A stretch of 64,000 nt of DNA, taken from positions 3,761 through 67,760 of the forward strand of contig JAJFGZ010000006.1 in the NCBI GenBank assembly GCA_021775855.1, read 5' to 3'. This document shows positions 1 to 7,460 of the stretch, piece after piece (positions within the stretch are counted from its first letter, which is position 1; every line of letters starts with the position of its first letter). The translations under genes and the position numbers were made by a program. A model generated the notes under the pieces. It ran no database searches. It had not been told where the DNA came from and saw only the letters and a list, made by a program, of their open reading frames with translations. The stretch comes from Hyphomicrobiales bacterium. Its GTDB lineage: Bacteria > Pseudomonadota > Alphaproteobacteria > Rhizobiales > NORP267.

Positions 1-1
1 A

Positions 2-256
2 GCCCAGTGGTGGGGGAACGACTTGTTGGGCATTGATCACGCATTGTTGGGTGATTGGCCCGTTGTGGAAATTCAAAATGCCAAGGCAAAAATTGTTGAA
101 TTTCGCTCAATCCTTGACTGGTGGGTGGATCACGGTGCCACGCTCGAGAAACATATGCGCGCGCTCGGCCAGATGTGGGATCAGCGCATTTCACCATCTC
201 CAACTGCGGATATTGTGCCAAGTAGCGAATTCTTGCATCGTAAGAGCAATATTTAG
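2..256 (+). CDS. 3' part of an ABC substrate-binding protein (Liv type), paralog of 826-2127; 5' end outside window
   Basis: Frame from nt 2 reads AQWWGNDLLGIDHALLGDWPVVEIQNAKAKIVEFRSILDWW...LGQMWDQR, colinear with DADWWGEELFGINNALVGDWPVVVIEDGKAVIKEYKSIPAWW...LGQMWNQR of 826-2127. Confidence 0.85.
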   Translation, partial: AQWWGNDLLGIDHALLGDWPVVEIQNAKAKIVEFRSILDWWVDHGATLEKHMRALGQMWDQRISPSPTADIVPSSEFLHRKSNI

Positions 257-457
257 CCAGTAATTGGTATACACGCCATCGGTAAAATTGGTGGGTGAGG
301 CGCAATCCGCGAGCAATTCTACACAAAAGTAAAATCTGACGACAACAAAGTTTCTCCGAAATTCTGAACCACTGATATCTGTCTGTTTATAAGCCAGATC
401 GTTTCCAAATGTATCGAGATAAACGGCTTTGGCCGTGTCGGTATTTTGGGATATCTG

Positions 458-470
458 TAAAATATTGATT
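458..470 (-). promoter_or_regulatory. IHF-consensus site
   Basis: Minus strand AATCAATATTTTA matches WATCAA-N4-TTR in an AT-rich intergenic region. Confidence 0.35.
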
Positions 471-560
471 TAAAACAGTTTTATATCCGTTTTTACTGTT
501 TGGAATAATTTTTCGACTGCGCTGTTTTTTGATTATTGGAGAAATACGTAGTTGCGCTTG

Positions 561-597
561 AACCAAAGTAAACCAATTTAAACCAATATAAATCCAA
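561..597. promoter_or_regulatory. Helically phased AACCAA array upstream of the ABC operon (candidate operator half-sites)
   Basis: aaccaaagta aaccaattta aaccaatata aatccaa: AACCAA at 561, 571, 581 and ATCCAA at 592. Confidence 0.5.
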
Positions 598-825
598 TTC
601 TTGATTATTTGTCGAATTTCGGTCTAGAATTTGGAGGAGGCCCCTATAAATCGATGAACGGGCCTGGAAATTGGTATATTGTGGTGCTGCGCATTCAGAA
701 TATCCAGCTCCTTCGAGCCCGGCCGAAAGAATCAGTGCGCACGGAATTGACTAAGGAAATCCAGTGACGATCAAGTGAACGCCGGGTTTTTGAAATTAGG
801 GAACCTTTAAGGGAGGATTTCGAAC

Positions 826-2127
826 ATGAATAACCCAACACGGAAAAGAGGCATGCATCGCCGTGATTTTTTGTCTAGCACGGCGGCGATTACGCTCATG
901 GCCACGACCAGTTGGCCCAAAGTCGTATTTGGTGCGGAGGAGACCGTCAAGATTGGCTTTCTTGCTCCTTTGACGGGTCCCGTATCGGCATGGGGTAAAC
1001 CCGGTTTGGATGGTTGCCAAATCTGGGCTGACTGGGTCAACCAGGCTGGCGGTATCATGGTTGGCGGTCAAAGCCACAAGGTGGAGTTTATCGGCTATGA
1101 CAACGAATATGATGCCGGTAAGGCCCGCACCGGTGCGGCCAAACTGATCAAGGAAGATGGCGTCAAGTTTATCATGATGCTTGGTGGTGACACCTGGCCG
1201 GGCGTTCAGCCATTGGCTGCAAATGAGAATATGTTGGTATCGACCCTGCTGCCGTCTGATTTGACCCCGGAAACGGACATGCTGATTGCGCCGTGTGAAG
1301 TCCATCCAATTTACAATGTGACCGGTGTACAGTGGCTGGCGGAAAATTATCCTGATAAAAAGCGGGCCGTGATTTGCGCGCAGGACGATGCGTTGGGTAA
1401 ACCTTCGGTCGCGACTTATCTCGCCGCTTTCGAAGCAGCGGGAATCGAGGTTGTTGACGAGCCGTTGTTTTTTGATCCGGCCACCACTGACTTTGCCCCG
1501 GTTATGACCCGCCTGTTGTCGAGCGACCCGGATATTCTGTGTCTCGATACCAGCTACGCCGATTATGTGCATCCTTTGTGCGAACAGGCATTTCAACAGG
1601 ACTTCAAGGGAACCATTATTTCCTGTACAGCGGATTTCTACCCAAAGATTATCGAAAAAACCTCCAAGGAATTCATGGAAGGATTCATCTTCCAGTTCCC
1701 GGATTTCGATGACCCGGCGCTCAATGCGGATCAGGTTAACTTTCCGCGGCCAAACGAATTCTACGCCGAATACGCGAACCGGTACGGAGAGGCCGAATGG
1801 GGTGCTGTATCGTGGGAATATGCTTCGATCATGGACCTTTGGGCCGATGCTGCCATCAAGGCAGATTCGTTTGAGCCTGCCGACGTTCTGACAGCCATGA
1901 AAGATGGCGGCACCGGCAAGCATGCCTTTGGCGACGCCGATTGGTGGGGTGAAGAATTATTTGGTATCAACAATGCACTCGTGGGTGACTGGCCAGTGGT
2001 CGTCATCGAAGATGGCAAAGCTGTAATCAAAGAATACAAATCCATCCCGGCTTGGTGGGCGCAGCACAAGGATCTCCTGATCAAGCACTTCACTGATCTT
2101 GGCCAGATGTGGAATCAGCGTGGTTGA
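826..2127 (+). CDS. ABC transporter substrate-binding protein, branched-chain amino acid (LivK-like) family, Tat-exported
   Basis: RRDFL twin-arginine signal; VKIGFLAPLTGPVSAWG start of the PBP1 fold; followed by LivH/M/G/F-like genes; SD ggagg. Confidence 0.9.
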   Translation: MNNPTRKRGMHRRDFLSSTAAITLMATTSWPKVVFGAEETVKIGFLAPLTGPVSAWGKPGLDGCQIWADWVNQAGGIMVGGQSHKVEFIGYDNEYDAGKARTGAAKLIKEDGVKFIMMLGGDTWPGVQPLAANENMLVSTLLPSDLTPETDMLIAPCEVHPIYNVTGVQWLAENYPDKKRAVICAQDDALGKPSVATYLAAFEAAGIEVVDEPLFFDPATTDFAPVMTRLLSSDPDILCLDTSYADYVHPLCEQAFQQDFKGTIISCTADFYPKIIEKTSKEFMEGFIFQFPDFDDPALNADQVNFPRPNEFYAEYANRYGEAEWGAVSWEYASIMDLWADAAIKADSFEPADVLTAMKDGGTGKHAFGDADWWGEELFGINNALVGDWPVVVIEDGKAVIKEYKSIPAWWAQHKDLLIKHFTDLGQMWNQRG

Positions 2128-2167
2128 TTGGGTAATGTCGGGCGAATAGCACGCTTACCTCTTCTAA

Positions 2168-2199
2168 AACCGTTCCCCTTGTCGTAAAGGGGAACGGTT
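2168..2199 (+). terminator. 13-bp intercistronic hairpin (mRNA stabiliser or partial terminator)
   Basis: aaccgttcccctt-gtcgta-aaggggaacggtt perfect stem, no U tract, between binding protein and permease. Confidence 0.55.
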
Positions 2200-2250
2200 C
2201 CTCCTAGCCGGTTTCCCTATATTTGACCTGACGTGCGGTGCTATTTGGCC

Positions 2251-3120
2251 ATGTCCGAACTCATATTGCAGACAATCGTCAATTCCATTTACGCCGCCAG
2301 CTACATGTCGCTGATTGCTGTTGGGTTGGTTTTGATTTTCGGTGTGATGGGCGTTATCAATTTTGCACATGGCGAGTTGTATATGGCCGGAGCCTATACA
2401 GTCGTTGCGTTATATTCCGGGTTAAACCTTCCCTTTTTTGTTGCCGTGGTCGTCGGGATGGTTTTCGTTGGCCTTCTCGGGCTGGTGATGGAATATGCTT
2501 TCTTTCGAGCGTTAAGAGATAATCCGCTCGGTGGCCTGATCGCATCGATCGGGTTTTTATTGATATTACAGACAGTTGCTGTCCTCGGGTTTGGTGTGCG
2601 TATGGCTCATATCAGGCCATCGACGCAGGAAAAAATAGAGTTATTCGATGGCGTGTTGCTCACCCATCAACGCCTCTATGTGATTGTCGCGGCCATACTG
2701 CTTTTGACAGCGTTATATATTTTTTTGCGCAAGACCAAATTTGGCTGGGCCATGCGCGCCTGCGCCCAGGATACGGAAGCTGCGGCGCTACAGGGTATTT
2801 CTCTCAACCAGATCACGCGGATTGCTATGTTTATCGGTGCCGGGCTAGCTGGCGTTGTAGGCGCCTTGACCGCACCGCTTGTCAGTCCGACGCCCTATAT
2901 GGGGCATTCGATCATCGTCACTGCTTTCATCATTATCGTTGTTGGAGGCATCGGCCAGCTTGAAGGCGCGGTTGTGGCGGCCATCCTCTATGCGTTTGTG
3001 CATACTTTCGTGACTACATTCTTTGATGGTGTGGTCGCGGATATGGTTGGATTGGTGTTGATGCTCCTTGTGTTGGTGGTCAAGCCAACCGGATTGTTTG
3101 GAGCCAACGATCGTGTCTGA
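2251..3120 (+). CDS. ABC permease, LivH-like
   Basis: SLIAVGLVLIFGVMGVINFAHGELYMAGAY and TKFGWAMRA motifs; ATG 2251 preferred. Confidence 0.9.
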   Translation: MSELILQTIVNSIYAASYMSLIAVGLVLIFGVMGVINFAHGELYMAGAYTVVALYSGLNLPFFVAVVVGMVFVGLLGLVMEYAFFRALRDNPLGGLIASIGFLLILQTVAVLGFGVRMAHIRPSTQEKIELFDGVLLTHQRLYVIVAAILLLTALYIFLRKTKFGWAMRACAQDTEAAALQGISLNQITRIAMFIGAGLAGVVGALTAPLVSPTPYMGHSIIVTAFIIIVVGGIGQLEGAVVAAILYAFVHTFVTTFFDGVVADMVGLVLMLLVLVVKPTGLFGANDRV

Positions 3121-4117
3121 CAGCAAGACTACTATAACCGTGTGGATCTTTGCGTTGACATTGCTTGCAGGATTGCTGGTTTTGCCGCAGCTGCTTTCCT
3201 ATTCGCAGCGAGAAATTGCTGTATTTTTGATCATCAACGTTTTGCTCGTGGTTTCATATCGCTTGATGACGCTGACCGGGGAATGGTCGCTTGGTCATGT
3301 GGTGATAATGGGTGTTGGTGCCTATGCCAGCGCGTTGTTCTCCAAACGGTTGGGTGTGCCTGTGCCGCTCTCCATGTTTCTCGGTGCGAGTACGGCCGGA
3401 TTGACGGCGGTGGTCCTCAGTTTCCCGCTATTCCGCATGAAGGGGTTCTATTTCCTGATCGGGTCCTTCGCAGCTGGAGAGGTAATACGGCTGATCTGGA
3501 AATATTTTACATTTCCGTTTGGCGGCGCAAAGGGTTTGAATCTGATTCCCTCGTTCCCTGACATTGGCTGGATTTCGTTCTTTGATCCCGTAAACTATTA
3601 TTACCTTTGCCTGATTGTCGTGTCGGTAAGCCTGTTCATCCTGTACCGCGTTGAGCGCTCTCGTTTTGGCCTAACATTCCATGCTTTGCATTGGCAGGAC
3701 AAATTGGCAGAATCGGTTGGCGTGAATACCTTCCGGTATCGCATGCTGGCCTTTACATTGGCGTCGTTCTTCGCGGGCTTGTCCGGCGCGCTTTACGCGC
3801 ATTATATTGGCACCGTTAATCCGACACGCTTTGACGTGGAGGAAATGGTCTATGTTTTAATCTGGGCGATTGTCGGCGGGACAGCAACTTTCTACGGTCC
3901 AATCGTTGGTGTAGTGGCGTTGACCATCGTCAACGACGTCCTCCTGCGCGCTCTGGGTTTTGATACGATCCGGCCCATGATTTATGGTGCGGTTCTTATA
4001 GCCTCGGTGTTGTTTATGCCGGATGGTCTCGAGAGCATTTTTCCAAAACTCAAACGCCTGATGATGGGCAGGAAGACTGAGCCGGCGACGAAATCTGAAG
4101 CGGGGGAAATCCCATGA
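3113..4117 (+). CDS. ABC permease, LivM-like
   Basis: GEWSLGHVVIMGVGAY, RMKGFYFLIGSFAAGE, SRFGLTFHAL motifs; GTG overlaps upstream stop. Confidence 0.9.
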   Translation: MSDSKTTITVWIFALTLLAGLLVLPQLLSYSQREIAVFLIINVLLVVSYRLMTLTGEWSLGHVVIMGVGAYASALFSKRLGVPVPLSMFLGASTAGLTAVVLSFPLFRMKGFYFLIGSFAAGEVIRLIWKYFTFPFGGAKGLNLIPSFPDIGWISFFDPVNYYYLCLIVVSVSLFILYRVERSRFGLTFHALHWQDKLAESVGVNTFRYRMLAFTLASFFAGLSGALYAHYIGTVNPTRFDVEEMVYVLIWAIVGGTATFYGPIVGVVALTIVNDVLLRALGFDTIRPMIYGAVLIASVLFMPDGLESIFPKLKRLMMGRKTEPATKSEAGEIP

Positions 4118-4884
4118 CCCAACCGATCCTGGAGGTCTGTGATCTGTCGCGAAATTTTGGCGGCTTGTTGGCAGTAAACCAGCTTAGCTTCTCGGTCATA
4201 CCGGGCACAATCCATGGGATCATCGGCCCCAATGGTGCCGGTAAAACCACCACATTCAATGTGATCAGCGGGTTCTATGCACCAAGCAGCGGCCATGTGA
4301 CCTATCTGGGCAAAGACATATCCGGCATACGGACGGACAGGCTGGCCGAAATTGGTCTGATCCGCACCTTCCAGGGCACAACGCTGTTCAACGAGTTTTC
4401 AGTGATCGACAATGTTCGGCTCGGCTGCCACGTATCCGCCAAGTCTGGATTTTTAAGCCGCCTTTTAGGTGCTGACCGCGAATCTGAAGCGGTGGCGACA
4501 AAAAAAGCCGAGGATTTGCTGGCCTTTTTTAATCTTAGCGATCTGCGTGACGAGGAGGCGTCGAACCTTCCCCACGGCCACCAGCGTGCGTTGGGCATGG
4601 CGGTGGCATTGGCGGCCGATCCTAAAATACTCCTGCTGGATGAACCGTTCACGGGCATGAACCCGGAAGAAACGGCGCGGATGATGACACTTACCCGGGA
4701 TATCCGTGACCGCGGTATTACGGTCATGCTGGTCGAGCATGACATGCAGGCAGTAATGGGTTTGTGCGATATGATTACGGTCATGAATTTTGGATCGCTG
4801 CTTACCGAAGGCACGCCGAAAGAAGTGCGTACAAATCCTGGTGTGATCGAAGCCTATCTCGGGAGTGCCCACCATGCTTCTTGA
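4114..4884 (+). CDS. ABC ATP-binding protein, LivG-like
   Basis: Walker A GPNGAGKTT, LPHGHQR signature, LLLDEP Walker B, C-terminal VIEAYLG. Confidence 0.92.
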   Translation: MTQPILEVCDLSRNFGGLLAVNQLSFSVIPGTIHGIIGPNGAGKTTTFNVISGFYAPSSGHVTYLGKDISGIRTDRLAEIGLIRTFQGTTLFNEFSVIDNVRLGCHVSAKSGFLSRLLGADRESEAVATKKAEDLLAFFNLSDLRDEEASNLPHGHQRALGMAVALAADPKILLLDEPFTGMNPEETARMMTLTRDIRDRGITVMLVEHDMQAVMGLCDMITVMNFGSLLTEGTPKEVRTNPGVIEAYLGSAHHAS

Positions 4885-5581
4885 GATCAAAGATATCCAT
4901 GTGCATTACGGAAAAATCGCCGCGCTAAAGGGTGTTTCCATGGAGGTGCCGGAAGACGGAATTGTGACCATCATCGGTGCCAATGGCGCGGGCAAGAGCA
5001 CCACATTGCGTGCCATTTCGGGTCTTAGCAAAATATCCGCTGGTGAAATCTGGTTCGATGGCGAGCGTATTGACGCGCTCCCGCCAGAGAAAATTGTAGC
5101 CTGCGGCATCGCCCAGGTGCCGGAAGGCCGGCGCGTCTTTCCTGATCTTAGCGTAGAGGAAAATTTGCGCACAGGGGCGTTCTTGCGGAATGACAGGGTT
5201 GAGATTGATCACAGCCTGGAGCAGGTTTTTACACGATTTCCACGTCTAAAAGAGCGACGCAGCCAATGGGCGAAGACCCTTTCCGGCGGTGAGCAGCAAA
5301 TGGTGGCCATTGGCCGGGCTTTGATGTCGAAACCGCGCCTACTATTGCTGGATGAGCCGTCCATGGGTCTTGCGCCGGTAATAATTCAGGAGATTGTTCG
5401 TATCCTCGAAGATATCGTCGCTGATGGTGTGCCGGTTGTTCTGGTCGAGCAAAATGCGGAATTGGCGCTTTCTCTTGCCCGATACGCGTATGTATTGGAA
5501 ACTGGCTCGGTATCATTGGCCGGGATTGCAGAGGATTTGCATGAAAATGATCACGTCAAGAAAGCCTATCTAGGTGGCTGA
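4874..5581 (+). CDS. ABC ATP-binding protein, LivF-like
   Basis: GANGAGKST, LSGGEQQM, LLLDEPSMGLAP, VKKAYLGG. Confidence 0.92.
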   Translation: MLLEIKDIHVHYGKIAALKGVSMEVPEDGIVTIIGANGAGKSTTLRAISGLSKISAGEIWFDGERIDALPPEKIVACGIAQVPEGRRVFPDLSVEENLRTGAFLRNDRVEIDHSLEQVFTRFPRLKERRSQWAKTLSGGEQQMVAIGRALMSKPRLLLLDEPSMGLAPVIIQEIVRILEDIVADGVPVVLVEQNAELALSLARYAYVLETGSVSLAGIAEDLHENDHVKKAYLGG

Positions 5582-6167
5582 ATCTTGGGAGCTTCAAGAT
5601 CTGATCCGTGCCGGCTGGTCTGAAGATGACCTGAAATGGGAAGGTATTTTAGAAGAGTTTGCTGCCTTTTGGTTGGAATCCAAAGATCAGGATGCCCAGG
5701 ATGCAGCTGGCCGAGCGCTTTATCTGGCACGCGAATTTTTTAAGCCAAATGATCCTCGTCTCGGCACATCGCTTGCCAATTTTGGCTTATGTCTTGCTCA
5801 AAATGACAAAGAATCCGGTGCCCGTCTACTGGATGAAGCCCGACAGGTCTGGGAGCAAACGGGCCCATGGATTGAAACGATGAAGGCCTCCCGTGTTGCC
5901 CGGTCGTCGATGTTCCATCTACGAATGGAGTTACGTCACCGGGATGCATTTCGAGAAAACTGGCAGACGAAATGGCTTCAAATGGCCGAGGATGCAACCG
6001 CGCGTATCGCAAGTGCGGTTTCCGATTTTCCTCACGATGCAACCGCCGCTTCTTCTGCCGCCGAGCGTTGGCAGCGTGAACGGCCTGCCATGTTAAACGA
6101 TACCCGCAAGCTAATGGCGGCAGTTTTGCTGCTGCTGCCGGGCGTGGGAGAGCCACCCGCTTCGTGA
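5574..6167 (+). CDS. Hypothetical protein with TPR-like helical motif
   Basis: 197 aa; GTG overlaps the livF-like stop; DPRLGTSLANFGLCL resembles a TPR_12-type repeat. Confidence 0.6.
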   Translation: MAESWELQDLIRAGWSEDDLKWEGILEEFAAFWLESKDQDAQDAAGRALYLAREFFKPNDPRLGTSLANFGLCLAQNDKESGARLLDEARQVWEQTGPWIETMKASRVARSSMFHLRMELRHRDAFRENWQTKWLQMAEDATARIASAVSDFPHDATAASSAAERWQRERPAMLNDTRKLMAAVLLLLPGVGEPPAS

Positions 6168-6190
6168 TCCGGCATCGACGATTGGGGGAC

Positions 6191-7060
6191 CTATACGTCC
6201 CGCATCAGGTCGCGCTGTACGTCGGTAATATGGAGCTTGATAAACTCGACCGCGCTTTCGATATCGCGCGTACGGATCGCTTTATAGAGCGATTGGTGTC
6301 TCTTTTTATATTCTCTGATACGGTTTGGTGAGAGGGTTTTTTGGCGATTTTCCACGCCTGAAGAATCGCGCCGTACGATGATTACCATTTTGTAGAGCGA
6401 GCTCAGCAATGGATTATGGACGCCGGCCGCAAGGCACAGGAACAGCTCTTCGTCGCAGCGAGAGAATGCCGTCGCATCTGTGCTGATCATCTCCATGCGC
6501 TCGATGATTTTGCCCATTTTTGAGATATCTTTGTTGGACATATTGATAACAGCAAGTCTGGCTATTTCCGGCTCAAGTATGGACCGGACGACATTGAGTT
6601 CCAAAGGACTGGTCATCTGCGCCGTTTCGGCTATATCGATTGTTAGGCCGTCATCCGCTTCTATGATGGTTTCAAGATTATTCGCGACAGGGAATTCTCC
6701 GGCATTTTGCGCTGGTTCGGGTTGATTGTGGAAGCTTATAAATGTGCCACTACCAGGTCGCCGCGCAATAAGGCCAGAATCTTCCAGAATATCCAATCCT
6801 CTCCGTAATGTTGTTCGCGATACCGCAAACTCTTCGGCCAAATGACGTTCGGCCGGTAATCGCTCGCCATCGGTAAATTCCCCGATCAGGATGCGGGCGC
6901 CAAGTTTAAGTGCCAAAGATTTTGCAACGCCTCCCGAGTAATCCTGTAGCCCACCTGCATCCAGAGATTTCTGGACCGTCTTCAGCAATGTCTCGTTCAA
7001 GGCGAAGTCCTCCTTGCCTGCCAACAGGCGTGGGGAATGATTGGTGGACCAATTCGCCAC
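6191..7060 (-). CDS. GntR-family (FadR subfamily) transcriptional regulator; true start may lie downstream of 7060
   Basis: wHTH RLPAERHLAEEFAVSRTTLRRGLDILEDSGLIARRPGSGTF plus C-terminal FCD-type domain (LNVVRSILEPEIARLA...GVHNPLL). Confidence 0.9.
   Translation of the reverse strand: MANWSTNHSPRLLAGKEDFALNETLLKTVQKSLDAGGLQDYSGGVAKSLALKLGARILIGEFTDGERLPAERHLAEEFAVSRTTLRRGLDILEDSGLIARRPGSGTFISFHNQPEPAQNAGEFPVANNLETIIEADDGLTIDIAETAQMTSPLELNVVRSILEPEIARLAVINMSNKDISKMGKIIERMEMISTDATAFSRCDEELFLCLAAGVHNPLLSSLYKMVIIVRRDSSGVENRQKTLSPNRIREYKKRHQSLYKAIRTRDIESAVEFIKLHITDVQRDLMRDV
7040..7053. promoter_or_regulatory. FadR-subfamily-type palindromic operator
   Basis: ATTGGT-GG-ACCAAT perfect 6-bp inverted repeat at the 5' end of the regulator; weaker copy TTTaGT-AT-ACCAAA at 7235-7248. 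Confidence 0.55.
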
Positions 7061-7268
7061 CTGTTGTATCCGTCCCTATGTAGCTCTTGATTTGTAAAAA
7101 GCAAAATAGGCCTTGGTCTTATTATTGACAAAACCAATCTCAAAAAAAACGATAGGACCAATAAATCAATGATATTTTCTAAAAACATTATAAAAAACAT
7201 ACAAGTAAAAGTTTTTGGATTTTTATTCACTCATTTTAGTATACCAAATTTGTGAGAAAATAATATAA

Positions 7269-7313
7269 AATCAATGGATTGATTAGATTGGTATGTGTTG
7301 GTAGCATTTTGGT
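7269..7313. promoter_or_regulatory. IHF-consensus site plus phased TTGGT array upstream of TMADH
   Basis: AATCAATGGATTG at 7269-7281; TTGGT at 7288, 7298, 7309. Confidence 0.45.
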
Positions 7314-7460
7314 TGGAGGATCGGAACCATTTCGTTACGCGGCTGCGTGAAATCAGTGTTGACCTGAATGTTGGTTTTCGATCGTGCTGGCTGTTTCCCG
7401 GTACCACCGAAAGAAACGGAATTCCCGGACAGACCGGCTAAGATTTGAGGGAGGAATCAA

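Noticed and set aside
8-19. TGGTGGGGGAAC resembles the tRNA-Gln 3' end (TGGTTGGGGAAC) and could be the second att site
   Set aside because: It lies in-frame within the binding-protein CDS (W-W-G-N, conserved as WWGE in the paralog), has a mismatch, and the similarity does not extend
796-1923. 375-aa minus-strand ORF, and other long antisense ORFs (e.g. 11522-12484, 41658-42509, 49146-50375, 54692-55540, 57713-58576, 62223-63092)
   Set aside because: Shadows of well-supported genes on the opposite strand, with no recognisable motifs; expected in GC-rich coding DNA
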